Source: the human T2T-CHM13v2.0 reference genome, Homo sapiens
Length of the DNA stretch: 64,000 nucleotides
Assembly: GCF_009914755.1 (NCBI RefSeq)
Contig: NC_060928.1
Direction: 5' to 3' (one strand)
A model generated the notes under the pieces. The model saw nothing but the letters and a program-made list of their open reading frames with translations. It did not search any database and had not been told where the DNA came from. Position numbers and translations under genes: made by a program. Below are positions 25,300-50,500 of this stretch, piece by piece (positions within the stretch are counted from its first letter, which is position 1; each line of letters opens with the position of its first letter).

Positions 25300-26583
25300 G
25301 CAACATGCAGATATTTGCCAAATATTAATATAATGGAAGTAGAATTTCTTCATGCAGTAGTTGGGAAGGAGAAGAGAGATGTTTTATCACTTCCTAACTA
25401 AAACACTTCTATACTGACTTTTAAATATTGTTTAAAATATCACCAGAGACCAAAACAGAAGATAAATTTCATTTCTATATTTCAGAAAACCTACTTGAAT
25501 ACACTTTGAAACAAGAGTACAACAAAATAGAATATACTTCAAATGTTGAATATACAAACTATTATAGTTCAAAACTGAACACTGGTATTTCCCTCATAAA
25601 CTTCAACTAAAAAAAAGAAAAAAAAACAAAGAAAACTCCAGGTATTAGAGCTACCTGCCAAAAATTCATGCTGAGCCTGAACTTCCAAGTGACAGCAGAA
25701 CTGAAAATGGTATGTCTGCACAAATGCCAAGGCTAAGTGAGTGACACAGGCATGTTACAGCAAAAGGCCAGAGCCAACTGTTAATTTGTCCACAATTAAG
25801 AAACTGACAGACTTAAACTACCATATAAAATGTTACATGTATATTCTATAACAATACTGTGCTAGGTACAAGATTTTTAAAATTTTTCTTTTAATAAAAA
25901 AGCTTTACACAAACAAGCCATTAGCTTATTTCAAGAAAGAAAATCGAAAATTAGTCTAAGGCCTTTGTTTTAAATCAGCTTAAGCTATATGATATATATA
26001 TATGTATGTATATATATATATATATATATATAAAATCGCACTAGATCTTTTTTTGCTATCCTCTTTCTGAAGTTTTTGGGATCCATTCTTCAATTCACAT
26101 TCTAAAATACCTATATTAGCAGAGTCTTCACATAGCACCAGTTAAGTGAGAACTGTGCGAACACAGTAATAATTGCTGGTATGCATATAAAATGCATCAA
26201 AAATTGCTATATGTAACAATGAGATTACCCATCCCAACCCCTCCCACTGAAAACTATATAACCTCTTACAGAATGTTAGTGTTCCAAGTCTTAGTGTAAC
26301 TTGATATCGTAGTGAGCTGCTTGGTCCCTTTCGATCCTTTTTCTTATTGATGGGTTCAGTTGTTTCCTACTGTAAGAGGCAGTTTTCTGTCAGCATCTCA
26401 ATATGTAGTTCATTTCCCACTGAAACATGGGATAGGTAATTTATTTCCAGTAAGTCTGATTGTTTTTGTATATGCATTAAAAATGTTTTAAAGTCTTCTT
26501 TGACTTTTCTTGATGACTTCCCTTGCAAATGTTTATGTCAGTACTGCCACTAACAGCCTGAAGTCCATGGTGGAGCTGCTATT
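25300..26583 (-). other. ELF2: ELF2 3'UTR (3' end uncertain)
   Basis: Transposon-free AT-rich sequence after the stop; candidate ATTAAA (- strand) at 25895-25890; distal end cannot be fixed from sequence alone. Confidence 0.6.
25987..26032. repeat. Interrupted (TA)n microsatellite in or near the ELF2 3'UTR
   Basis: tatatgatatatatatatgtatgtatatatatatatatatatata. Confidence 0.9.
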
Positions 26584-27208
26584 TTATTTCTCACATGTCA
26601 CTAGTCCTTCTGTTTTCATAGTTACAGGAAGGGCAATAGCTGAAGGCGCACTGACAACCACTACGTGGGTCACTGTCTTATTTCCATCTGCTGGTTTTTC
26701 TTCTACTAGCTGCAAAGTTTTCACATCATGTTCTTGCTTTTTTGCCACTGCTTCCGATTTAACCTCTGGCCCCTTTATGACTGCACTGATAACTCGAGGA
26801 GGAGTCTGGCCAGATGCCTGCTGAGTAGGCATTGATAGTCTCATTACAGGTGTACCATGGGCTATTGAAACAGGGGTAAGTGCTCTCACAGCCAATGGGG
26901 TTCCAACAATGTTAATGCTTCCTGATCCAGTCAGATTTGACTTTGTCTGCAGTTGACACTGTGCAAGCTGTGTAGCTGGGATGGTAATAATTTTGGCAGG
27001 CTGCATGGTGATTTTGTCTCCATTTTCAGTAGAAGCTGGCATCACAGTAGGGATTGTCTGAATGACTACCTTTGGAGAGGTCGCTGTTGTTGGACTAGTG
27101 CTGGTTATTAATGGTGCACCTGCATTAACTGACTGAACTGCCACAGTTGAAATTTTCTGACCCAATGATGTCATTACAACAGGTACCTGCATTGCCACAC
27201 GAACTGTC
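26584..27208 (-). CDS. ELF2: ELF2 last coding exon (S/T/V-rich C-terminus)
   Basis: Acceptor ttttttctttctaatgtactag|GACA; encodes (R)TVRVAMQVPVVMTSLGQ...KTEGLVTCEK*, TAA at 26586-26584. Confidence 0.96.
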
Positions 27209-27924
27209 CTAGTACATTAGAAAGAAAAAAGCTGATTATATTTAATGCCAACTGAGAAAATAGGTCTCCTGAGTAAAAGATTAATACAAATCCAAAATGT
27301 GTAAAATTAGTGCTCCCAAATTTTACAGAGGTACTGGCAATCCCTGATGTTTGACACAAACATACCATGATATATTTTAAAAACTAAAGCCTACATTAAG
27401 CTCCATCTATAAAACCATAAAAACCAATTCAGGTTATTTAAGACATCTACTTTTTTTTTTTTTTTGGAGATAAGGTCTCAGTCTGTCACCTAGGCTGGAG
27501 TATAGTGGTGCAATCTTAGCTCACTACAACCTCCAACTCCTAAGCTCAAGTGACTCTCCTGCCTTAGCTTCCTCAGTAGTTAGGACTACAGGTGTGTGCC
27601 ACCATGCTCAGCAATTTTTTATTTTTATTTTATAGAGAGGAGGTCTCACTACGTTGCCAAAGCTTGTGTTGACCTCCTGTCCTCAAGCAATCCTCCTGTC
27701 TTGGACTCCCAAAGGGCTATGATTATAGGCGTGAACCACTGAACCCAGCAAGACATCTACTTTAACAACAATAAAAAATATAATTAAAACATCAAGCACT
27801 TTTCAAAGTCCTGACAACACTGGGTTCTTAGAACACTAATATTAAGCAAAAGGACATTTTGTTTTCACCACGGAGACTTTTTTAAAAAGTAAATACATTG
27901 TAACTAATGGTTTGCTTCACTTAC

Positions 27925-28275
27925 CTTGGAGCTGCTGTTGCTGACACAGATGCAGTGGTAGTAGGAGACCTGGATGAAGCATCGTGCCCAGGGGAAGTGA
28001 TATTCACAACTCTAGCTACACCCTTCTCTGCTCTGGAGCAGTTTATAGGGGATGAATTTTTTCCACTGCGAACAGAGGATGCTGCTTTCAGGAGACTTTC
28101 TGCAGACAGTGACACTCGTTCTAATGATTTTTCATCAGTAGTTCCTGCTAAATCTTCATTACAGGTTTCACTTTTGTCATCATCTATGACCACTATGTTT
28201 TTCGGCATATCCTTGAACTGATATACAAGCCTCTGTCCTTCAACCTTTGCAAGAATTCCCCTTTGGTAGTAGTAT
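27925..28275 (-). CDS. ELF2: ELF2 exon, C-terminal half of ETS domain, 351 nt
   Basis: cttacag|ATAC ... CCAAG|gtaagt; encodes [32 protein letters not shown]... Confidence 0.97.
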
Positions 28276-28677
28276 CTGTAAGGGGAAAATGTACCAAATG
28301 AATCAAGTATATTATTTCTTCACCCCACTCCACCCCCGCCAAAAAGACCACATACAGTGGATACTAACAGAAACATTCCCTTATCTCTAATAACAGATGA
28401 GAAAAAAACAAACTCTTACTGCCTAGATTGCTCAAAAGGTTACAAATTTAGAGTAGGAATCAAGTTGGAACCTGGGGCCAAGGTCCTACAAACTTAAGGT
28501 CTATAAACTGGCTGAAAGTTCATTCTTTTTCTTAAAAGAAATAATTTACCTTACCGTTGACTATTTTACTATACTGACAATGGTAGAAATTATTTTCTGA
28601 TTTACATAGGTTGTAACAACAAACTGATATTACTGGAAAAATTACCTAAGCCACACTTACTTAGTAGAGATATGTGA

Positions 28678-29079
<402 letters not shown>

Positions 29080-29464
29080 TGATAAAACTTAAGATAAATT
29101 TTCCTATCAACATAAATCCATTTATAACAAACCCCTAAAAACTAAAAAACAAACTAACTTTAGGAACCATAATTTGTTTAGGTTTAATTTTTTTTTAAGC
29201 CTACAACTTCATAATTTCTATTAAGAAACACTCCTAAGTACAAAAGCACATTTTCTGCAAAAATGAATTTTCCAATTATGTTAAAATTATAAGCACGTAG
29301 ACCAAACTCCTATCTCCCCACCTACTTCCAAATCTAAGAAGCTCCTCTAGAATATCCCCCAAAGTTAAAAGTTGTAAAGGATTTTCAGCTTCTCTTTAAA
29401 CAGCTAATAGACATATAAAGAAATACATAAATTTTGTTTGAATACTAGCTCATTTGAGTTTTTA

Positions 29465-29683
<219 letters not shown>

Positions 29684-29718
29684 TTAAAATTCATTAACAT
29701 AATTAAATACATAATTAA

Positions 29719-30172
<454 letters not shown>

Positions 30173-30575
30173 TAGATTTTGAGTTCAGTAAAGGCAAAGG
30201 CATAATTGCTTAGGCAAAGTTAACCTGAATTAAACAGAATCAAATTTATTAGTTTATACAGATTTAAACTGAATAAATTTATTTACACCTTTATCATATG
30301 ATAAGCCTAAATTCCATGATCAAAATTCACCAAAAGGGACTTAGTAATTTTATTGGATACACAAGCAAAATACAACGAAATGTGTAAAACTTTTAGGCAT
30401 CAGACCTAGGGTCTTTTTGTAAGAAACTTACTTTTCTTTGATTCACCTACAGGCATGAACTCTGAGGTATATGTATTATTAAGTGCAAACTACCCTCAAC
30501 CCTTTAAGGATTTTCTTATCATTTTCCTCTGTACTACCAGTCAATTAAGACTTGATAGCAAAGAACATTACTGTT

Positions 30576-34915
<4,340 letters not shown>

Positions 34916-35069
34916 AATTATTAGAAACAAGGTTTAGTTGTAAACCCCTTTGAATTATGGGTAGCTATATATGAGGATGGGTGCTATTATCCTGTAAGTC
35001 AATGGTTCTTAAGGAGGATATGTATCAGACATCCTTTGGACTTTTTCCAAGTCCCTATATCCCCCATGA

Positions 35070-35172
35070 TACAACTATGGTTACAGAATCTCTGTGGTGT
35101 AGGAACTGGGCACAGATATTTTGAAAAAGCTCCCCACGTGATGCTGATACATCCCTTATTAAGAACTATTAC
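35070..35172. mobile_element. MER5-like fragment
   Basis: cagaatctctg...aaaagctccccacgtgatgctgat...ttaagaacta. Confidence 0.6.
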
Positions 35173-35287
35173 CAGCGACAGTATTCTCATATGTGCATGT
35201 ACTAGAAATAGTTTTCTTACAAATACAAAAATGTCACCTAACTGAAAAAAAATCATCTCACTTCCAAAGCAACCCTCCCCAAATTAC

Positions 35288-35374
35288 CTTTTCCTTCTCT
35301 TGGTTTCTTCTTTATACCTAACTCAGGAGACCCATTGGAAATTGGTGATTGCTGGGTCTTTGGTTTACGGCCAA
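35288..35374 (-). CDS. ELF2: ELF2 exon, 87 nt, basic NLS-like region
   Basis: ttttttcag|TTGG ... AAAAG|gtaatt; encodes (V)GRKPKTQQSPISNGSPELGIKKKPREGK(G); frame joins both neighbours. Confidence 0.95.
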
Positions 35375-35486
35375 CTGAAAAAATAAGATATTGAAACCAT
35401 ACGTTGAAAACAAGAAAAATATGAGAGGCACGATTAGCAGACTTTCTGATTACACATTATTCATTTAAATGGATACTAATTTGTAG

Positions 35487-39048
<3,562 letters not shown>

Positions 39049-39469
39049 TTTTTAAAAAATATCCATGAAAGCAAGGGAAGACAAGACTTTGTAAAATAAA
39101 GAATAAAATGTTGTGCGTGTGTGTGTGTGTTTTTTTAAGTAACCAAGTACCCATAAAAGGATCAACAAGGAGAAGATGGAGTAAGACAAGGTGCAGGGAA
39201 TCTCTGATCTGCCTTCTGTGTGTCGAACACCTGTTAAATATCATTGTCAGGCAATTATCCTCAAGCCTTACATACTAACTCCTTTAAACAGTATGAGTAC
39301 GTTAAAATACTAAATTTAAAATCTCAATGTTGATTCTTTGAGAATATCTGGTTAAGATAACATCAATCTTAAATCTACAGCATATACTACTTTCTATGTC
39401 CCTTGATGAGGAAAAAGATAAGAGAAAAATTTTCACCTGCCTTCTCAGAAATGTATAAATATACTCTAC

Positions 39470-39643
39470 CTTTTTTCTTTTTCATTGGTTCATGGCTATC
39501 TGGTGATGTTGGAATAGGAGAGGTATCCATGGGTTCAGACTCTTCAGTTGACACCTCCACTACAGTTTCTGTAATGACATCTGGCCTCATAGCAGCATGG
39601 ATGAATTCTGGAGTTGATACACAAGGAGGAACAAACACTTCCA
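39470..39643 (-). CDS. ELF2: ELF2 exon, 174 nt (138 nt using the internal acceptor at 39607)
   Basis: ttttttttatag|TGG ... AAAG|gtagag; encodes EVFVPPCVSTPEFIHAAMRPDVITETVVEVSTEE...MKKKK. Confidence 0.95.
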
Positions 39644-41057
39644 CTATAAAAAAAAGTTGAAAAATTAAAATTTCCCACCCCCATCAATGTTTCTTATGTG
39701 GACAGTTCAATATTTAGAAGAGGCGAGGTGTGTTAAGAATTAATCAAAGCAGGATAAGAGCTTAATACTGAAGAAGTTAATTTGCTGAATATTCGATATG
39801 ATTTAAACTACATAAGGAAAATAAATGCATGGAAAATCAACTTAAAGGAAAAATGTTAATCCTCTGGGTAAGGCAAGGATCATGAGTAGTCACTCCACTC
39901 TTTCACACTTATACTTTCAAACTAATTGTAGAAAAATTCTAAATTATTCTAAGAGTTGTGAAAACATTTGAAAATAATAGTATAATAGTGAGTTAGTTAA
40001 TAATTACTTTCCATCCACATATCCGTCATTATTTTTTAACAGGTAATATATGCATGTGGCTCAAAATGTGAAAGATTTATAAATATGTACTCAGTAAAAC
40101 ATAAGCACCTATAGTTCATTTTAGAATATGAAAAGGAAAACTTGCTCATTACAGACAAGAAATATTACCTTTCGGTATTTAAAGTTTTATTTAATGTAAC
40201 AGTCCTGATGTTTTAGTCACTAAAACAGTAGGTACAAATTGTTATCTGGTATTCTAGTACATACAGTAATGTTGCTCTGGCTTCCTTCTAATGTGCACAA
40301 ATAACCAAGATATGACATTTCTATTTCAATTAAGAGATACAATTAATACATACTATCTTAGATTAATAGACTGACCAAAAATGCTACAAATTTATTCTCA
40401 TATCTCTGAGTAATACACAGGATTCTATTCAAATTAAGAAGTATGGTTGCTCTTATTGTAAATCCCAATGAGAAGGTGAGCCAGTATTTTTGTATCAAGT
40501 CAAATTAACATTTGGGCATTAAATTAAAATTAGGACAAATCAGGATTGGACAAAATGACTATCAAAGTTTTTCTTAAAGACTAAGAGGGACCACAAAAAA
40601 ATAAAAACTCACACTGAAGGATGTGTGAAAAAAATGTCAAAAGCTCCCTTGTCTCTCTACCATGTGTGGTTCTCTGGAGTTACTGCCTATTTATCATTGA
40701 ATAAAGGATTGAAAGTGGTCCTAACAGGCAACTGCTCCCATCTATCATACTCTGAAGGACTATGAAGGCTTATAACTTGCCCAGAGTTAAGGAAATAGAC
40801 ATGACAGTACAAATAGCTATTTAATAAATATTTGTCTATCTATAGTGGGTATTTTCTGTATCATTTGTTATGAAAATTAAGTATTTAAGACTTGGAGGCC
40901 TTGACAAATAAAGTTCAATTACTGCTGTCATGTATTCATGTGTAATGTACCTTTGAGAATTCCCAACAATTCCATTGGATTAAAAAAACAAAAAACTTTA
41001 TTTTAGACATATGAAGTAGTATGACACGTTTAACATAAGAATGAACAGTTTACATAC

Positions 41058-41171
41058 CAGGACTTCTTGAATCCCTCAAGCAGGTAGGAGATTCCATATG
41101 AAGCAGGGCTTCAGCAGCTTCAATTGTCTTATCTGTACAGTGTGCATTACTGCTGTGAACTGATGCTTCCA
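41058..41171 (-). CDS. ELF2: ELF2 exon, 114 nt
   Basis: tttttcctccag|TGG ... CCTG|gtatgt; encodes EASVHSSNAHCTDKTIEAAEALLHMESPTCLRDSRSP (ELF1/2/4-type IEAAEALL motif). Confidence 0.95.
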
Positions 41172-41452
41172 CTGGAGGAAAAATAAGTTCTACTCAATTA
41201 AAAATACACTAAACACATGACTAAAACATATTACTAAGAAATAAACATATTCACTCCTGAAAGAGAAATGAAAAATAAATAAATATAAAATAACATGACT
41301 AACTCTAAGCCATTGATATCTATTCGTCTATATAAATTACAGAAATAATTTTTAAAAAGCTAATATCTACATTTTATAAAATGAATACTGATATAAAATG
41401 AATATTGATTATGAAGTAACCAATGACATTGATTAGAAATTACTGAGAAGTT

Positions 41453-41821
<369 letters not shown>

Positions 41822-41991
41822 TCAATTTTAGGCCAATACTAACTTGTGGGAAGGGAGGAAGGGTCAGGGAGAGGCTGGTTGTAGATTAAAAACCCTGTGA
41901 GGGCAATTATATATTTTGATGTATTGCCATTAAAGCCAGGGCACCTAACAGAACCATGCTGCGCTAATTTAATCAATTAATTCAATTCTTA

Positions 41992-42558
<567 letters not shown>

Positions 42559-43032
42559 TCTCCAGGCAGAGGTGACTAAAGATGGATAACAACATGCATT
42601 ATATTTACTGCCAGAGTACTTGAGAACTTTCTTTATAATTAACCTCGCTCTCTTCAGAGCCTCAGTGGGTTTTAACCTAAGACTTTTTCTTAGAGTTTAT
42701 TCTTCCCATGAGGCCTTCAAATTCTACCACGCTTTGTATCTCTCCTCTTCTAGCACTTCCTTTATGCTTTGCTGATTATGTTACTTGTAAAACAATGTGT
42801 ACAGCAGTCAGTGGTTTGGGCTTTCAGGTCCAACAGCTTGGGTTCCAGTCTCTGCCACTTATTTCTGTTACCTGAGGTAAGCAACTTAATCTCTCTCATA
42901 GAGCAAGAATATGATAATTTCTTATCATTCCTGTAAGATTATAAACTTCTTGAGGTCTGGGGGGCTAGCTTAACCCATCTTTACATATGCCATGGTTCCC
43001 AACATAGACTTTTCATGGAGCAGACATGCGGA

Positions 43033-43369
<337 letters not shown>

Positions 43370-44734
43370 TGACCTTACAAGAAAATCAGCAATTCAAGAA
43401 CAAATTTTATTATCTTAATAATATATTAATTTCACATCCTGACTTAAAATGTTGAACAGTTAACTTAGTAAGACGTTCTGAAACATGAATATTTAAGAGT
43501 CTCTAACTTGACAGATTTTTTTTAAGATGTCCCCTAAAGGAACTAAAAGTAAATGTTTATACAAATTTCATAAAGTCATATTACAAATTCATAAGCACTA
43601 TACACTAACGATATGAATCTTTTAAAATTGTTTCCAGGAAACTTTTAATTGGGGGAAAAAATCCAGTTCATCTCAAAGTTCCCTAAATGCTAAAGCCTCA
43701 GTCTTAAACAACAGTCATTTGGAAAGCATTTATTTTAAAAATCCAATGACTGTTTTACCACCTGTTGCACATCATCCACAAGGTACTGGGTCTCTCCAGT
43801 TGCTCTTTCCATTTATGGAAATCTGTTCAAAGCTAAATGGTTCCAGAGAGGCAGCCAAACCTCTAAGTAAATCTATCTTTAGGTGACCCTGCTTACTCTT
43901 ATCTGCAGCTTCACTGAAGCAAAGGATTCAATCAGCCTGTGTAGCTCAACTTTAAGAAAACTTAGCATTATTAAGTATAAGACATATTATCATTCTCAAT
44001 TATTGTTTTCAAAGTGCCTCCCTACAATACTCACATACACTAAGAAAAAAAAAAAACCTTCAATTCTCCAGTTTTTAAAATTTATTCTAGCAAGCATTCT
44101 CTTTAAAGTCTGCTTGTGTTGCAATTTAGCTCTTGTCTTAGGTGCTATTAATAAACTATCCTGGGCAAACTAATTCCTTATGTAATTGTATTAAGACACA
44201 CCCTAAAACTTTACCATATTAAAATCAGAGCTTCAAGTATTCAATAATAATACAGCAAGAGAATTTTACCAGTTTTTTTAATGTTTCAAGTTATAAACAA
44301 AATGAAATTTGCCTAACAGTTACATATTACGTGCCCTGAATTCTTACATAGTTTGAGGCACATTTTCAAAACCATGATTTTGTGTTATTAAAATTGTTAT
44401 GTCAATGGAAATTACTTCTTCAAGGTGTAATTCTTGCACATATTTCTGACCTCAACTTCCCCTTCCCCCCTAAAATTCAACATATTATATCTCAGAAATA
44501 TTTTATATTTACAGAGTAAAATACATACTTAGAAAATTTACTCATTCATACTTTAAATTTACGATGACAACATAAAATATGCATAAATTACCTATGAAGT
44601 TATCAGCCAGAAGATCTAATACTCTACGTACAACTGACAAATCGTTGCTGACATTTACCATGTGCCCAGACCCTGTGCTATAAACCTGACACAAGTGTGA
44701 ACAGATTTCTGGCCTCATGAAGCTTATACTACTA

Positions 44735-44925
44735 TAGGTTGGGCATGCCTTATCCAAAATGCTTAGGACCAGAAGTGTTTCAGATTTCGAATTTAAAAAA
44801 ATATATATCTGCACTATATATTTCCAGTGGAACATCCCAAATCTAAAAATCCAAAATGCTTTAATGAGCACTTCGAGTGTCACATCAGTGCTCAGTTTCA
44901 GATTTTAGAACACTCAATCTACAGT
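44735..44925. mobile_element. MER46/Tigger4-like fragment
   Basis: aggttgggcatgccttatccaaaatgcttaggaccagaagtgtttcagattt. Confidence 0.75.
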
Positions 44926-46239
44926 TCAGAGAGCATTAAATGGAAGATATTTCAAAACTAAATAAAAATGTAAAATAAACTTACTTTGTAAGTTACAAGC
45001 ATGTTAAGAGGAACACTGATTACTTTTTTACTGCTTACTAATTTTATCTCATCATTTTTATTTACTAACTAAAATAATGCAAAATACAAAAATCTAAGAG
45101 GCTGTTCTCAGATCAATTTACAATAATGTACTAATGCCAGTTTCCAAAACTTAACACATTTTGTAAAAGTGAGCACTATCTTTTTATTTTTGTTTACATA
45201 AGTCAAGTAACTTTTAACAGAAATTTAAGAAATATTTCTCCTACTTGTGTCTGTAATTCAAAAAAAAATACTATTTTGTTCAGATCAATAATTCAAATAA
45301 AATTTAAACTATAATTTTGCACATTTAAGAATAAGCATGAATTTAACAGTGTTGTGCAATCAAAGTAAGCAAGCTACAAGCAAGAGCTGAAAAGTAGAAT
45401 TCCTTATCTTACTTAAAACTTGACTTACTGGTATCTTTCTACATCTATGAAATTTATAGAAGGAAAAAATAAATAACTCATTTTAAAAATAGAAACAATG
45501 AAGCTAAAAGTAGTCTGACAGGTATCATTTTCTAGTTACCACTGGTAGTGGCTATTGCTGGTCAATCCCCCTTGAAATAAATTTCAAGAACTGTTTTACT
45601 TTTTATTACAGTACCAAAAATAATATTTGCTTGTACCTTCATTTAATATTGGTAAATATCTTCTTGTTCCATTTCTATCTTTCTAATCAACCGGTGTTTG
45701 TATGGTACTGAAGACTATTCCAGACTCACTCAACAGCTGTTACAAAATACCAAACTTGGTAATTAAGTCTGACAAGAGGCATACCTCTCAGCTTTGCATA
45801 AAAGAATGCTGGCAATGGATCTAGTTCATAAAAATGTTCTCAAGTCAAAAATAAAATTTAGTAGCAATTTAGTTTGAGAGCAGTGAAAAAAAATTAGAAA
45901 ACACTTCATTAGGTGATAGTGGTATTCTCCTATAAGCAACACTATAAACTAATAGTACAAGGTCTTCAGTCAACTGCAGCACCCGATTTACCACTACTTA
46001 TCCTCTAATGCCCCAAAGCTATACCAGTAATAGGTAAATGAAGAATACAAATGAAGGCAATAAAAAGGGGGAAAAGGTAATTAAAGGTCTGGAATACTCC
46101 ATCTTCACCTTTTCCCCCTTGACCTTTTAATCAATATACTTGCATTATAAAGTATAAAAAGGAAAAAGAATGGCAATTCTTTTTTTTTTTTTTTTACACT
46201 CTCGGAGGGGGAGAGCGAACTGCCCTCTGCAAGATGAGA

Positions 46240-47542
<1,303 letters not shown>

Positions 47543-50500
47543 TTATGATTCTGTAAGTAAAACAGTATTTGTCTACTCACAGATAAATGGTTTTTAAAAA
47601 GCTCTTCTTAAGCATTTCTTTGCATCCTTTTGAACATTTTGCTATAGATGACACAAGGAATCATTTTAAACAATTATCAAACATGAGGAATTATTTTAAA
47701 TAGTTATCAAGAACATTCTGCTGCCTGCCCTTCTCCACCAACCAAATTTGTTTCTAAAATAGTTTTATGTTGAATGATTCTGATTGGCTATTTACACACT
47801 GACTGATGTGACCATGTAACTCAGTTTTTACATGAATTTTAGTACCAATGCTGCAATGAATTGTGAAGGGTAATTTCTTAAATTCATTTTCAAATGAGCT
47901 TTTTAAAAAGAAAACTAGTGTCATTCCTTGAGTTTCATTTTAATGTATCTATTCACATACTGCTTTTAACTTCTTTTCATACTGCTAATTTTTTTTCAAT
48001 TTGATCTTTTCAAGATTGAGACTACATATTCCAATTTATAGTAAATCAGAAATGAGATTTTCAATTTCATAATGAACTTTAATAAAATAGATTTGTTTTC
48101 TGTCAGTGAAAATATTTAGGCTAAATTTCCAGAAAAATTTCACCTTCATTTAATAACTGCATTGTTGACCAAAACTTCTGATTACCTTATTTCGCAAATG
48201 TAAAAATAAAATAAAATAAGAAAAGACAAATAAAGGAAAAAGTCAAGAAAGGTATACTTGAGAATAAGGCAGAAATCTTCCAGAAAATCCAGACTGTTCA
48301 TACACAATACTTTAACATAAATATTAGGAAAGTAACAATGCTAGACATTTGTTTTTCCTATATTAAGCTATATACACTAGAAATGAGCCTAAATTATTAA
48401 TTAGACTATATTACAGACTTAAACATATAAAGAGCCTCAAGTTCCAATTTGGCACACATTTTTATTTTCAAAGACTGGATAAAAGAAGTTAACCTACCAA
48501 TTACATAACGAACTTATAGACATATTCATTCACATGGTGTAATATTAGAAAAAAAAAAAAAAACCCAAGGAGAAGCCCTACCTTTCCATTAAGTATTTCC
48601 AAGCCACTTATTTTAGAGCTTTAAAAGTCATTAGCAATCATCTAGTCAACCCTGTCTTCTTAGAGAAAAATGAAGCCCTAAAGATGTTAAGTCACTAGCT
48701 AGTTTAGTGACAGCTAGATATAGATCCTCAACTCTTCAGGGTCAAGGCTCGTTCTCATACATCATATTGTCCATGAAATTTTAAAGTACGTCGAGTCTTT
48801 ACTACAAACATACTTTGTAAAATGACAGTGAGTTTTAATAAATAAGCTTATTTATTTCATCCTTTACTCAAACTCCTCTGGCAGCATAAATGTTTATAGC
48901 TAAAGGAATGCACATGTGATACTTAACACCTCAAAAGGAAGAAAAGCAAAAGTATATTCGAGCTTAACATGTACCTTAACATGTAGCGACAGTGATAATA
49001 TTAAGTGTTATATACTTGCTTAGAAACATGTTATGCTGAAAATATTAACCTAAAGCTTATCTCCTCTAGAAGTTGTATAAATATCATTCTACACTAATCA
49101 TCAACCCATTATAGCAATCACTGGAACTATTTTTTACATTTATACATTATATAGATTTTCACCTGTCTCCCCAGACTGTAAAATCTTTGTGAGGAAGAAT
49201 TCTCTGTCACACCTGATGACCTCCCTCAAGGAGATAAAAAGGTATTCTGTCCATTACACAAATACAAACTTTAGAAACATTATCCTACCAATGCTATTGA
49301 AAATTGGCAGCAATAAAAATTTAGAATCATGATTCCTAATCTTCTGGGCCATCTTTCCTCCCTAACTTTTAACACACTGAATAAACCTTGGGTAAAAGAG
49401 CAAACCTCTCTCAAGTTTCCTTCTAAAATAAGGCTTGTAAGGGAGCTTCAGATTACATGAACATAATTGGTGACATAACTTGAAAATAACTGTATGTAAA
49501 ACATATTCTTAACAGATCATAAACTTTAAGATTCGTATATAGTACAGAAATGCAGTAGAGCTGGAAAACAGCACTTTTTAAAACCCCTTATCAAAAGACA
49601 AAACTTTTGTCTTTTCAAACCAAAGACAGTCTTTTATATAGACACATATATACTCCAAGGAGAATACCTACAGGCCATATTCAGTTTCACCGGTAATTCC
49701 AAAAGCTTACGAAAAAATAGTTTCCAATGGCAAAGTGAAGCCCTCCTACCTTTACAGTATTTTTCAAAGTTTTGATGCAAAGGCATTCTAAGGTTCTTTC
49801 CGTGTGTTCGCAGCCACTGGAAACAACATCTCTTGAACTGTACATATTCAATATTCACAGAAATATCATTGACCCAACAACTTCACGTATCGTTAGTACC
49901 AATAATATAAAGCCAAAAATTCCATCCCTTAATTCATATTGTAGTAATGGACAATATATACAAAGGAATCAAGTTCTCATTGTGCTCTCTTACTAAACTT
50001 AAGTTCTTGTTCTGACCAGAAAGCAACTGTCAAACAGATGTGTTTTAATCACTACTCAGTAAACTGCATTTTCCTTTGGAACCTCTGAAACACATATTTT
50101 TACATTTTATAGAATAAAAGACTGGTCACCACTGTGTTGTACTCAATACATACATATTATTTCAGACTTTGAACCTAGAGCGCTTCCGTTAAATTTTGAT
50201 ACATGTGTTCATGATTTCCCCCATCGAACTGAGTCACAGAGTTTTGCCAAGCAAACTACTAATTTCAAGTCCCTTACCTAAAAACAATGGATGGAAGACT
50301 GTTAAGATCTTTTACAGAATTACTGTTCCCTGAGTATTTCTCATCGTCCACTTCCCATCCATGGCAATATGAAATAGGAACCGGGAAGAGGAACATGTAT
50401 GCTTACTATTACAGTAAGTAAACAGTATTCAAGCAGTGCTACATCGATCCAGGGCCCTCACTGCGCTGTCTGCTATTAAGCAAAGCTGCTTTTTCTATGT

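Noticed and set aside
26510-28221. + strand ORFs overlapping ELF2 exons
   Set aside because: Antisense shadows of coding exons.
43755-43960. Possible cryptic - strand exon in ELF2 intron 1
   Set aside because: Weak splice signals and no frame or homology support.
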